NCBI GenBank assembly: GCA_022826125.1
Contig: JAJDVM010000319.1
Location: 1,181 to 65,180, forward strand
Direction: 5' to 3'
Source of the DNA: Defluviicoccus sp.
GTDB taxonomy: Bacteria > Pseudomonadota > Alphaproteobacteria > MPNO01
Length of the DNA stretch: 64,000 bases
A program made the position numbers and the translations under genes. Below, piece by piece: positions 45,774 to 55,037 of this stretch (within the stretch, counting starts at the first letter, position 1; the number at the start of each line of letters is the position of its first letter). A model generated the notes under the pieces. The model did not search any database, was not told the DNA's origin, and saw only the letters and a list, made by a program, of their open reading frames with translations.

Positions 45774-46985
45774 TCACCCGGCCGGTTCGGGGGCCATCCT
45801 TTCAACCGGTTTGTCGTCGATCGGCCAGTGGATCAGCGCCGCCGCGATGCCGAGCGCGATCGCGAGCCACCATGCCGCGTCGTAGCTCCCGGTGCGGTCG
45901 TAGAACATGCCGCCGAGCCACACCCCGCAGAAGCTGCCGAGCTGGTGCGAGAGGAAGACGATGGAGAACAGCGTCCCCATGTATCGCGGGCCGAAGATCT
46001 GGGCGACGATCCCGCTGGTCAGCGGCACCGTCGAGAGCCAGAGCAGGCCCATGACCGCGGCGAAGACCAGCACGGACGTCTCCGTGATCGGAAGCTGGAT
46101 GAACGCGAAGAAGAGGGCGGCGCGGAGCAGGTAGAGCATGCTCAGCAGGTATTTCTTGCGGTATTGCCCGCCGAGCCAGCCCGCGGCCAGCGTTCCGATC
46201 AGGTTGAACAGTCCGATGAAGGCGAGCGCCCATGCGGCGAGTTCCGCGTCCTGGCCGGAATCGGTGATGAAACCGGGCAGATGGGTGCCGATGAACTGCA
46301 CCTGAAAGCCGCAGACGAAGAATCCCGTCACCAGCAGCCAGTAGCCGCGATGGCTGCCCGCCTCGGTCAACGCGGCGCCCAGGCTTTGCGGCGCCGGGGC
46401 CGACAGCGCCTTGGCCGATCCGGGACCGAGCGCAAGGCTCAACGGCACCGTGAGAGCGATGACGATCGAGACGACGACAATGGCATCCGACCAGCCGAGC
46501 CCGGAGATCAGTCCCTGGCTCACCGGCGCGAACACGAACTGCCCGACCGAGCCGCCGGCGGTGACCACGCCGAGCCACAGGCTCCGCTGGTGGTCCTGGG
46601 CCACACGCCCGACCAAAGCGAGCGGGAGGGTGAAGCCGATGCCCGACGCGCCGATCCCGACCAGAAGGCCCGCGCTGACGGTCATCATTTCCGGCGTGCC
46701 CGAGATCGAGATCATGTAGACGCCGAAGGCGTAAAACGCTGCCGAGGCCGCCATCACCCGGATCGGCCCCCACTTGTCGCCGATCGCCGCGACGAACGGC
46801 GCGGTGAGGCCCATGACGATGTTCTGGATCGCGATGGCGAACGAAAACTCGGCCCGGCCCCAGCCGAGATCGCCGCTGATCGGCACCAGGAAAAGCCCGA
46901 AATTCTGCCGCGAGCCGTTGGCGATTAGGAGAATAGCGACGGTCCCGCAAAGCACGAATAGCGGCGTACGCCAGAATGCCTTCAT
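45774..46985 (-). CDS. MFS transporter
   Basis: 403 aa from ATG 46983-46985, with about 12 TM segments. Confidence 0.85.
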   Translation of the reverse strand: MKAFWRTPLFVLCGTVAILLIANGSRQNFGLFLVPISGDLGWGRAEFSFAIAIQNIVMGLTAPFVAAIGDKWGPIRVMAASAAFYAFGVYMISISGTPEMMTVSAGLLVGIGASGIGFTLPLALVGRVAQDHQRSLWLGVVTAGGSVGQFVFAPVSQGLISGLGWSDAIVVVSIVIALTVPLSLALGPGSAKALSAPAPQSLGAALTEAGSHRGYWLLVTGFFVCGFQVQFIGTHLPGFITDSGQDAELAAWALAFIGLFNLIGTLAAGWLGGQYRKKYLLSMLYLLRAALFFAFIQLPITETSVLVFAAVMGLLWLSTVPLTSGIVAQIFGPRYMGTLFSIVFLSHQLGSFCGVWLGGMFYDRTGSYDAAWWLAIALGIAAALIHWPIDDKPVERMAPEPAG

Positions 46986-47205
46986 GGTGAAACGTCCCAA
47001 CTCCCGCCCCGTGGAGAAGTAAACGCCCCCACCCCCGAGTCAAACGCAGCGAACCGAGACGCCGGAAACCCGCTCTCTTCCGGATATAGACCGGAGTCGT
47101 CGGCGGGAAACGGTTCTGCAATTCATGCGTGTTCACAGATTATAAAAATCAATTAAAAATCGGTGCTCATATGCTAAGTTGTTCGAGCAATCACGGAAGC
47201 CTTGC

Positions 47206-47398
47206 ATGAGCGCCGAAATCATCACCATGCTGGGTGTCGGGGCAACCCTTGGCGCTCGTTATTCTCCCGAGCCTGCACAGCATGAGACGCGATATCGCCG
47301 ACCTGCGGGAGCGCATGGCGCGGATGGAAGGAGCGGTCGACCTCTTGACCAAGTTCCTTATCGACCGTGAACGCAACGCCTCGACCGCGGGATCGTGA
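47206..47398 (+). CDS. Possible small membrane/coiled-coil protein, reading frame apparently disrupted (+1) near 47257
   Basis: Frame 1 gives MSAEIITMLGVGATLGA with good GC3, then loses its coding look. Frame 2 continues (L)VILPSLHSMRRDIADLRERMARMEGAVDLLTKFLIDRERNASTAGS* with good GC3. The 63-aa ORF in the track (47179..47370) is the non-coding-looking continuation. Confidence 0.3.
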
Positions 47399-47416
47399 CC
47401 CGGTTCGAAGGGCCGC

Positions 47417-49108
47417 CTACAGGTAGTAAATCAACAGGAAGCCGCCGAGCAGGACCGCGACCCAGAGCGTCGTCGAGCCGAGCGGCCATGTCCGGGCCAG
47501 CGTGCCCTCGGGTCCGGTGAGACGGATGACCGCACCGATACCCGCCCGCAGCCCGCCTTGCAGCGCCCCGAGGAAACTTTGCCATGCCGCCCACAATCCG
47601 GGCCAGACAGCGCCGATCAGGGCGGGGATGCCCTTGCGGTACAGCCAGTCGAAATCGAGGTTGGTCGACTTGAGCTCCGGCGGATAGATCCGGTAGCGGA
47701 TCAGCACCGCGAAGGCGAGCGCCGAAAACATCAGCAGCTGGAGCTGGCCGATCACATGGGTCGGCGTATAGGGCTCGTAGTCCACATCGTAGGGCAGGAT
47801 CGAATAGAGCGCCGGTGACCAGACCCCGAGCGCGATGCAGAGGAACGCCGCGATTCCCATTGCGACCAGCATGTTGATCGGGGCCTCCTTGCAGCGCCTG
47901 CCGGAATCGTGAGCGAAGAAGGCGAAATAGGGGATCTTGATGCCGGAGTGGTGGAACACGCCGGCCGAGGCGAACATCAGGATCAGCCAGACGACGACAT
48001 AGCCCTCATAGGCGACCGCCGACAGGGTCAGCGCCTTGGCGATGAAACCCGAGAACAGCGGGAAGGCGGAGATCGAGGCCGCGCCGACGATGCAGAACAC
48101 GGTGGTGAACGGCATCGATTTGTAGAGCCCGCCGAGCTCCGAGCCCTTGATCGTGCCGACCCGGTAGAGGACCGCCCCCATCGACATGAAGAGCAGCGCC
48201 TTGTAAAGGATGTGCGCGAAGGCGTGCCCCGCCGCGCCGTTGAGCGCCATCGGCGTCCCGATGCCGACGCCGACCACCATGAAACCGAGCTGGTTGTTGA
48301 GGCTGTAGGCGAGCACCCGGCGGAGGTCGTTCTCGATTACCGCGTAGAAGATCGGGAACGCCGTCATCGCCGCGCCCACGTAGATCAGCATCTCGGTCCC
48401 GGGGAAGCCGCGGGCGAGTGCGTAGACGGCGGCCTTGGTGGTGAACGCGCTCAGGAACACCGTGCCGGTGACGGTCGCCTCGGGATAGGCGTCCTGTAGC
48501 CAGTTGTGCAGGAACGGGAAGGCGCACTTGATGCCGAAGGCAAGCAGGATCAGCCAGGTCGCCAGGTTGCCGAGCGCCATCTTGTCGAAGGTGATCGAGC
48601 CGGTCTGCTCGGCCTGCAGGATCGCGCCCGACAGCAGCAGCACGCCCGAGGCGATCTGGACGATCAGGTAGCGCATTCCGGACCGGTAGGCGGTCTCGCC
48701 GCCGCGCGCCCAGATCAGGAAGACCGACGTGATCGCCATCGCCTCCCAGTAGACGAACAGCGTCACCAGGTCGCCCGCGAACACCGCGCCGATGCCGCTG
48801 CCGGCGTACATCATGCCCGCGACGTGCTGGACGGTGTCGCGGACGTGGAGCGCATAGATCGCGCTGATGATGGCGGCGATATGGAAGATGTAGCCGAAGA
48901 TCAGGCTCAGCTTGTCGACGCGGACCGGCACGAATTCCGCGCCGAACCAGGTAAAGACGAGGTAGGTGCCGGGCTCGAGGACGATCAGCGCCCAGAGCCC
49001 CGCCGCCGGAACGACCACCGTCCACGCGCGGCGCAGGACATCCGGCAGGAAGGGGACCGCGAGCGCGGCCACGATCAGCAGCAGGCCGGGCGGCAGGCTA
49101 GCGATCAT
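47417..49108 (-). CDS. mrpD: MrpD/NuoM-N-like antiporter subunit (third copy, 563 aa)
   Basis: Proton-conducting membrane transporter motif LHNWLQDAYPEATVTGTVFLSAFTTKAAVY, with more than 14 TM segments. Confidence 0.88.
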   Translation of the reverse strand: MIASLPPGLLLIVAALAVPFLPDVLRRAWTVVVPAAGLWALIVLEPGTYLVFTWFGAEFVPVRVDKLSLIFGYIFHIAAIISAIYALHVRDTVQHVAGMMYAGSGIGAVFAGDLVTLFVYWEAMAITSVFLIWARGGETAYRSGMRYLIVQIASGVLLLSGAILQAEQTGSITFDKMALGNLATWLILLAFGIKCAFPFLHNWLQDAYPEATVTGTVFLSAFTTKAAVYALARGFPGTEMLIYVGAAMTAFPIFYAVIENDLRRVLAYSLNNQLGFMVVGVGIGTPMALNGAAGHAFAHILYKALLFMSMGAVLYRVGTIKGSELGGLYKSMPFTTVFCIVGAASISAFPLFSGFIAKALTLSAVAYEGYVVVWLILMFASAGVFHHSGIKIPYFAFFAHDSGRRCKEAPINMLVAMGIAAFLCIALGVWSPALYSILPYDVDYEPYTPTHVIGQLQLLMFSALAFAVLIRYRIYPPELKSTNLDFDWLYRKGIPALIGAVWPGLWAAWQSFLGALQGGLRAGIGAVIRLTGPEGTLARTWPLGSTTLWVAVLLGGFLLIYYL

Positions 49109-49370
49109 AGTAGTCCTCGTCCCGCTTCAGGAGCTTCCTCAGCTCCTTGGCCGCTAGCACCAGGAAGACGCAGCAGACGAAGCCGTACCAGCCGTGGAAC
49201 CCGAACGACCCGTCGAAGCCGAGCTCCGCATGCTTGTGATAGAAGAAATCAAGCAGCGCCAGCACGCCGGAGACAACGACCACGGCCCAGAACACCTTGG
49301 TGACGTTCGCCGAGCGGTCGAGCCAGTATTCTTTCTCGCCTGGGGGCCGGGGGTGGTCTGACTCAGCCAT
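49098..49370 (-). CDS. Small two-TM membrane protein embedded in the mrp operon (uncharacterised)
   Basis: 90 aa. Two hydrophobic helices (VFWAVVVVSGVLALLDFF; WYGFVCCVFLVLAA) and a charged tail. 11-nt overlap with the next gene and a 7-nt gap to the previous one. Good GC3. Confidence 0.65.
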   Translation of the reverse strand: MAESDHPRPPGEKEYWLDRSANVTKVFWAVVVVSGVLALLDFFYHKHAELGFDGSFGFHGWYGFVCCVFLVLAAKELRKLLKRDEDYYDR

Positions 49371-49377
49371 CTCGGTC

Positions 49378-50889
49378 TCAGCGTTGCGCGATGGGGGCGA
49401 GGAAGGCGGCGATATCGTCGGCCGCGAAGAACAGCGCCAGGCAGCCGATCGCGGTCAGGCAGAGCGGCACGACGCAGAACATCGGAGCCTCGCGGATGCC
49501 GCCCTCGTCTCCGTGTTCATCGTGCGCGACGGCGGCGCCCACCGGTTGCGGAATGGGATCGCCCTCGCGCTTCTCCGAAATGAAGGCGCGCGCGGCGACG
49601 GGGATCAGATAGGCGACGTTGAGGAGCGACGAGATCATCAGCACGGCGACGAAGATCAGCTGCTCGGCGTCCGCCGCGCCCAGGCCCAGATACCACTTGC
49701 TCCAGGCGCCGCCGAGCGGCGGCAGCCCGGTGACGCTGAGCGCTCCGATGGCGAAGGCGGCGAAGGTGAGCGGCATGCGTCGTCCGAGCCCGCCCATGTC
49801 GCTGATCTCGGTCTTGTGCGCCGCCACCATGATCGCGCCCGCGCAAAAGAACAGCGTGATCTTGCCGAAGGCGTGCATCGCGATGTGCATCGCCCCGCCC
49901 ACCACGCTCCATGTCGTGGCCAGCGCCGCGCCGAGGACGACGTAGCTCAACTGGCTCACCGTCGAGTAGGCGAGCCGGGCCTTGAGGTTGTCCTTGGTCA
50001 GCGCCACCACGGAGGCGATGACGATGGTCGCGCCCGCGACATACATCAGCCAGGTGCTCGCCCCGGTCTCGCTGAGATAGTCGACGCCGAAGATGTAGAT
50101 CGTGACCTTGAGCACCGTGAACACGCCCGCCTTGACGACCGCGACCGCGTGCAGCAGCGCGCTCACCGGCGTCGGTGCCACCATCGCCGCCGGCAGCCAG
50201 CGGTGGATCGGCATCAGCGCCGCCTTGCCGATCCCGTACATGTAGAGGAACAGGAGCACGATCAGCGCCCAGCCCTCCACCTTGCCGGCGAGGATGCCGC
50301 CCGGCGTGAAGTCGAGCGTACCCGCCGCGCCGTATGTCCAGACGATGCCCACCAGCTGGAGACCGATAGAGGTCGAGAGCAGGATGCCGAGATAGGTCCG
50401 TCCCGCGCGCATCGATTCCGGCGACTGGTGATGGGTGACCAGCGGGTAGGTCGAGAGCGTCAGCACCTCGTAGGCGATGAAGAGCGTCAGCATGTTGCCC
50501 GACATCGCGACGCCGAGCGCCGCCGAGATAGCGATCGCGAAGCAGATATAGAACCGCGTCTGGTTCTCCTCGTGATGCCCCCGCATGTAGCCGATGGCGT
50601 AGAATGACGTGACGATCCAGAGGAACGAGGCGACCAGCGCGAACAGCATGCCGAGCGGCTCGATGACGAAGCGGATGCCGAGCCCGGGCACGAAATCGAA
50701 CAGGAAGAGCTCGGGCCGCCCGCCCGCGTCGACCGCCGGCAGGATGCGGTAGACCGCGAGGAAGGTGACGACCGATGCCGCGATCATCGCACCGTCGCGG
50801 AGGTTGGGCCGTCGTCCGAACAGCGCGATCAGCGCCGCGCCCGCGAGCGGGCCGGCAAGCGCCACCGCCATGGCGAGTTCGACGCTCAC
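49378..50889 (-). CDS. MrpA(N-terminal)/NuoL-like antiporter subunit
   Basis: 503 aa from GTG 50887-50889, which overlaps the upstream stop (GTGA). IHRWLPAAMVAPTPVSALLHAVAVVKAG is the MrpA/NuoL-type signature. Confidence 0.88.
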   Translation of the reverse strand: MSVELAMAVALAGPLAGAALIALFGRRPNLRDGAMIAASVVTFLAVYRILPAVDAGGRPELFLFDFVPGLGIRFVIEPLGMLFALVASFLWIVTSFYAIGYMRGHHEENQTRFYICFAIAISAALGVAMSGNMLTLFIAYEVLTLSTYPLVTHHQSPESMRAGRTYLGILLSTSIGLQLVGIVWTYGAAGTLDFTPGGILAGKVEGWALIVLLFLYMYGIGKAALMPIHRWLPAAMVAPTPVSALLHAVAVVKAGVFTVLKVTIYIFGVDYLSETGASTWLMYVAGATIVIASVVALTKDNLKARLAYSTVSQLSYVVLGAALATTWSVVGGAMHIAMHAFGKITLFFCAGAIMVAAHKTEISDMGGLGRRMPLTFAAFAIGALSVTGLPPLGGAWSKWYLGLGAADAEQLIFVAVLMISSLLNVAYLIPVAARAFISEKREGDPIPQPVGAAVAHDEHGDEGGIREAPMFCVVPLCLTAIGCLALFFAADDIAAFLAPIAQR

Positions 50890-52361
50890 GGTCCCGCCCC
50901 CATCAGGGCGCGTGCGGCGTGTTCGGCGACGCCGACTGGCAGCGAGGTCTCGATCCCGAAATAGACGTTGAGCGCGATCAACACCCAGGTCGGGAGCAGA
51001 AGGGAAAGCGGCGCCTCGCCCGTCGGGGCGTCCGGCGGCGGGTCGCGGAAATAGGCGGCCTCCACCACCCGCCATATGTAGATCACCGCGAGCAGCGAGC
51101 TGATCACGATCAGCGCCGCGACCAGCGGCTCGTCGGCGGCGAGCGCGGCGAGGATCAGGTACCACTTCGAGATGAAGCCCGCGGTGAGCGGGATGCCGAT
51201 CAGGCTGAGCCCGCCGGCGGCGAACGCCGCCATGGTCCACGGCATGCGCCTCCCCATGCCGGCGAAGTCCTCGATCCGAAACGAGGCCTGCCGGTAGGCG
51301 ATGCAGCCGACCGCGAGGAACAACGCGCCTTTCATGACCGCGTGGTTGAACAGGTGGATCATCGAGGCCGTAAGCCCGTCGACCGTCACCAGGCTGAGGC
51401 CGAGGACCATGTACCCGATCTGCGCCACGCTCGAATAGGCGAGCATGCGCTTCACGCTGTCCTGGAAGATCGCGATCGTCGATGCGACGAACATCGCCAG
51501 CACGGCGAGCAGCATCAGCGGAAACGCGGTGGGCAGCACCTCGAAGGAGAACTTCACGCCGAAGACGGTGAACAGGAAGCGGATCAGGACGTAGACCCCG
51601 ACCTTGGTCGCGGTCGCGGCGAGGAACGCGCTGACCGATGACGGCGCGTAGGTGTAGGCCTTTGGCAGCCAGAAATGGAGCGGGAACAATGCGAGCTTGA
51701 TCGCGGCGCCCACGATCAGGAACGCGAAGGCCGCGATCACGGTGCGGTTGTAGCCGGTTTCGGGCAGGCGCTCGGCGATGTCGTTCATGTTGAGCGTGCC
51801 GGTCGCGCCGTAGATCAGCCCGATGCCGATGACGATGAAGGTCGCCCCGATGGTGCCGACGATCAGATACTGGAAGGCCGCGGTGAGGGCCCGGCGGTGC
51901 GGGCCGAGGCTGATCAGGATGCAGGAGGCGAGCGAGGAGATCTCGAGGAAGACGAACAGGTTGAACGCATCGCCGGTGATCGCGACACCGAGCAGCCCGG
52001 TCACGCAGAGCAGGAACGCGCAGTAGAAGAGGTAGGCCTTCTCGCCCACCATCTCGATCAGCAGGCTGCGCGGGGTGAAGGGAAGAACGATCGCGCCGAT
52101 CCCGCTCACGATCAGCAGCACGAACGCGTTCAGCGCATCGACCCGGTACTCGATCCCGAACGGCGCGGCCCAGCCGCCGAGCTCGTAGCTTATGACGCCC
52201 GAGCTCATCACCTGGTCGAGAAGCAGGCAGGAGACGACGAAGGCTGCCCAGGTGGTGACCAGCGCGAGCCAGAAGGCGAGGTCGCGGCCGCGCACGAGGA
52301 TGCAGGCGGGCGCCGCCAGCAGCGTGATCACGACCTGGAGGGCGGGGAGGTGCGCGGTCAT
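50886..52361 (-). CDS. mrpD: MrpD/NuoN-like antiporter subunit
   Basis: 491 aa. LHFWLPKAYTYAPSSVSAFLAATATKVGVY. 4-nt overlap with mrpC. Confidence 0.88.
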   Translation of the reverse strand: MTAHLPALQVVITLLAAPACILVRGRDLAFWLALVTTWAAFVVSCLLLDQVMSSGVISYELGGWAAPFGIEYRVDALNAFVLLIVSGIGAIVLPFTPRSLLIEMVGEKAYLFYCAFLLCVTGLLGVAITGDAFNLFVFLEISSLASCILISLGPHRRALTAAFQYLIVGTIGATFIVIGIGLIYGATGTLNMNDIAERLPETGYNRTVIAAFAFLIVGAAIKLALFPLHFWLPKAYTYAPSSVSAFLAATATKVGVYVLIRFLFTVFGVKFSFEVLPTAFPLMLLAVLAMFVASTIAIFQDSVKRMLAYSSVAQIGYMVLGLSLVTVDGLTASMIHLFNHAVMKGALFLAVGCIAYRQASFRIEDFAGMGRRMPWTMAAFAAGGLSLIGIPLTAGFISKWYLILAALAADEPLVAALIVISSLLAVIYIWRVVEAAYFRDPPPDAPTGEAPLSLLLPTWVLIALNVYFGIETSLPVGVAEHAARALMGAGP

Positions 52362-52717
52362 ATCGCCGGCCCGTCCTGGTCGCCGATCTCGTCCTCCTCG
52401 ATAGTGCCGTAGGCTTCGCGGATGCGCACCACAAGGGCAAGGCCGAGCGCCAGAGTCGCCACGCCCACGACGATCGCCGTCAGGATCAGGACGTGGGGGA
52501 GGGGGTTGGAATAGACCTCGATCCCCTCGGCCACGATCGGCGCGGTTCCGTCCCGGACCTTGCCGAGCGTGATGTAGAGCACGAAGACGGCGGCCTGGAA
52601 CACGGTGAGCCCGACCATCTTCTTGACCAGGTTGCCGTGCTCGATGACGAGATAGAGCCCCGCCATCATCAGGAAGACGACGATCCAGTAGTTGTAGAGA
52701 CCGACGAAATCGACCAA
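52358..52717 (-). CDS. mrpC: Mrp antiporter subunit C (NuoK-like)
   Basis: 119 aa with 3 TM segments. NYWIVVFLMMAGLYLVIEHGNLVKKMVGLTVFQAAVFVLYI. Confidence 0.88.
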   Translation of the reverse strand: MVDFVGLYNYWIVVFLMMAGLYLVIEHGNLVKKMVGLTVFQAAVFVLYITLGKVRDGTAPIVAEGIEVYSNPLPHVLILTAIVVGVATLALGLALVVRIREAYGTIEEDEIGDQDGPAI

Positions 52718-52718
52718 C

Positions 52719-53135
52719 TCAGTGCCCCCGCCCGGCGAAGTAGTAGAAGATCGAGATCATCACCGAGGCGACGGTGAGACCCACGCCGAACTCGATCAGC
52801 AGGATGCCGAGATGCTGGCCCTTGACCGGGTCGGAGGCGAGCACGTTGTAGTCGAGATAGTTGCCGCCGAGGAAGAGCCCGGCGACGCCCACCCCGGCGA
52901 AGATCAGCACGCCGATGGCGAACCCCGCGCGCAGCACGTCCGAAGAGAGCACCCCGCGCAGCGCATCCAGTCCGTAAACCAGCCCATAGAGGATGAACCC
53001 GGCGCCGAAGATAACGCCCGCCTGGAACCCGCCGCCCGGCCCGTAATCGCCGTGGAACTGCACGTAGAGCGCGAACAGCAGGATGAAAGGCATCAGGATC
53101 TTGGTGACGATGCGGAGAACGAGGAGGTCGCTCAT
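52719..53135 (-). CDS. mrpB: Mrp antiporter subunit B
   Basis: 138 aa from ATG 53133-53135 (ATGA overlap). ILMPFILLFALYVQFHGDYGPGGGFQAGVIFG is the MnhB-domain signature. Confidence 0.88.
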   Translation of the reverse strand: MSDLLVLRIVTKILMPFILLFALYVQFHGDYGPGGGFQAGVIFGAGFILYGLVYGLDALRGVLSSDVLRAGFAIGVLIFAGVGVAGLFLGGNYLDYNVLASDPVKGQHLGILLIEFGVGLTVASVMISIFYYFAGRGH

Positions 53136-53692
53136 GCCTCTTCCTCCGCCTCTTCGTCCCTCCGCCGGTGCGCGCGCCACTGGCCGAGCAGCAGCACCAC
53201 GCCGATCCCCGCGGTGAAGATCACCGTCACCTCGCCCAGCGTGTCGTAGCCCCGGTAGCTCGCCAGCACCGCCGTGACCACGTTGGGAACGCCGGTCTTT
53301 TCCGGTCCCGCTTCGAGATATTCGGGGATCACGTGGTGGTTCGCCGGCGCCGCGGGGTCGCCGTAGCGCGGCATGTCGAGCGTGCCGTAGATCAGCACCG
53401 CGCCGGTCACCGCCACCACGGCCAGCGAAATCCACGCGTTGTGGACCGGTTTCTTCTCCTCGCTGGTGGTGAGCGCCAGCGTGCCGAGGAAGAGGACCGT
53501 GGAGATGCCCGCGCCGACCGCGGCCTCGGTGAAGGCGACGTCGACCGCATCGAGGATCACGAAGATCGTCGCGGCCAGCAGGCTGTAGATGCCGGTCAGC
53601 ATGACCACCACGAACAGGTTTCGCGCGCGGACGATGCCGATCACCGCGACCGCCATGAAAAGGAGGATGACGATGTTGACCGCCTCGTTCAT
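53132..53692 (-). CDS. DUF4040/MnhB-related protein (equivalent to the C-terminal part of MrpA)
   Basis: 186 aa. N-terminal DUF4040-like helices (IVILLFMAVAVIGIVRARNLFVVVMLTGIYSLLAATIFVILDAVDVAFTEAAVGAG), then NVVTAVLASYRGYDTLGE. Confidence 0.82.
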   Translation of the reverse strand: MNEAVNIVILLFMAVAVIGIVRARNLFVVVMLTGIYSLLAATIFVILDAVDVAFTEAAVGAGISTVLFLGTLALTTSEEKKPVHNAWISLAVVAVTGAVLIYGTLDMPRYGDPAAPANHHVIPEYLEAGPEKTGVPNVVTAVLASYRGYDTLGEVTVIFTAGIGVVLLLGQWRAHRRRDEEAEEEA

Positions 53693-54033
53693 CGCCCGGC
53701 CTCCCGGTCGGCCGGTTCGTCCCGGAGATCGTGGTCGAGCCGCGGCTCCTCGTCGCTCTCGTAAGCCGCATGGACCAGCGCGAAGGTCGCCGTCGGGCTG
53801 GTGAAGAAGATGAAGACCAGGATCAGGATCAGCTTCACGGTCACCAGCGTGGCGCCGCCCTGGAGCATCAGCCCGATCAGGATCAGCCCTGCGCCGCCGG
53901 TATCGGTGACGCCGGCCGCGTGGCTCCGCGTGTAGACGTCGGGGAAGCGCACGATCCCGATCCCGCCGATCGTCACCAGCGCGCCGCCGCCGAGCAGCAG
54001 CACCCAGCTCGCGATGTCGAGAACCGACTCCAT
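53689..54033 (-). CDS. mrpG: Mrp antiporter subunit G
   Basis: 114 aa. GIGIVRFPDVYTRSHAAGVTDTGG is the MnhG/PhaG signature. Confidence 0.9.
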   Translation of the reverse strand: MESVLDIASWVLLLGGGALVTIGGIGIVRFPDVYTRSHAAGVTDTGGAGLILIGLMLQGGATLVTVKLILILVFIFFTSPTATFALVHAAYESDEEPRLDHDLRDEPADREAGR

Positions 54034-54317
54034 CAGCCGCCGTCTCCGCCGGCCGCGCCGGTCCCGCCCAGGTCGCCGTACTTGAAGAATTTGAGGATCG
54101 CGATGGTGCCGATGAAATTGATCAGCGCGTAGGCGAGCGCGATGTCGAGAAACTCCGGCCGGCCAAACAGGAATCCCACGACGGCGAGGATCAGCACCGT
54201 CTTGGTGCCGAACGTGTTGACCGAAAGAATCCGGTCGTAGAGCGTCGGGCCCATCAGCGCGCGGGCGAGCGCGAGCGCCATGGCGACGACCAGCCCGACC
54301 GCGGCGGCGGTGAACAT
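54033..54317 (-). CDS. mrpF: Mrp antiporter subunit F
   Basis: 94 aa from ATG 54315-54317. LMGPTLYDRILSVNTFGTKTVLILAV...DIALAYALINFIGTIA. Confidence 0.88.
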   Translation of the reverse strand: MFTAAAVGLVVAMALALARALMGPTLYDRILSVNTFGTKTVLILAVVGFLFGRPEFLDIALAYALINFIGTIAILKFFKYGDLGGTGAAGGDGG

Positions 54318-54814
54318 CAGCTTCCGCCCGCCATCCGGGTGACCCGGCGGTCCATCTCGCCCGCTGCGAGGTCTTCGGCGCCGTCCCGCGATAGCGCGTG
54401 GACCAGGATTTCGCCCTCGCCCACGTCCACCGAGACGGTGCCCGGGGTAAGCGTGATCGAGTTGGCGAAGATGACCCGGCCGAGGTCGGTCGGCTGCGTC
54501 GAACGCACCCGCAACATCGTCGGGCTGATCGAGGCGCCCGGGGTGAGGATGCGCCGCGCCACGTCGATATTGGCCTTCAGGATCTCCACCAGCAGCCACG
54601 GCCAGTAGCCCACCCCCCGCAACGTGAGGTGGACCGGGTGGCCCTCATGGTCGATCACGTCCATCCGGTGGGTGAAGTAGACGACCGCCGCGCAGGAGGC
54701 GAGGCCGAGCCCGATAAGCAGTGGATCGTAATGGCCGGAGAGCAGGAGCCAGGTGCCGAACAGCACACAACCCAGAGATAATGCGTGAACCACTACCGCC
54801 CTGTCGCAAGACAT
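54317..54814 (-). CDS. mrpE: Mrp antiporter subunit E
   Basis: 165 aa from ATG 54812-54814. WLLLSGHYDPLL..., ANIDVARRIL, ANSITLTPGTVSVDV. Confidence 0.85.
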   Translation of the reverse strand: MSCDRAVVVHALSLGCVLFGTWLLLSGHYDPLLIGLGLASCAAVVYFTHRMDVIDHEGHPVHLTLRGVGYWPWLLVEILKANIDVARRILTPGASISPTMLRVRSTQPTDLGRVIFANSITLTPGTVSVDVGEGEILVHALSRDGAEDLAAGEMDRRVTRMAGGS

Positions 54815-55037
54815 ATTGTTGGCGTTCGGCCCGGTATACCCCACGCCGACCGCGCGTCGGCGAACCCTAATCGGCGCTCCCCGGAATGGCTAGCCCAAAG
54901 TACGGCCTCCCGGCCGGAATCCCCGGTTCCGGATGTCCCGCCGGACCACAAAAGTGTTGGCGTGCACCGGCTCAATGGTGCTAGCCTGCTCAAATTGCAA
55001 CTAATGCGACCAAAACAAAATAATTCTAGGGGGAATC

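Noticed and set aside
47179-47370. The 63-aa ORF as listed in the track.
   Set aside because: After about codon 26 the frame shows poor third-position GC and a Pro/Arg/Gly-rich, non-protein-like sequence. The +1 frame looks coding instead (see the finding at 47100..47398).
54995-55024. A TTGCAA-N18-AATAAT promoter for the cold-shock gene.
   Set aside because: The implied transcription start would fall inside or just before the SD, leaving almost no leader. That is implausible for a csp gene. The pattern is probably a chance match in AT-rich DNA.
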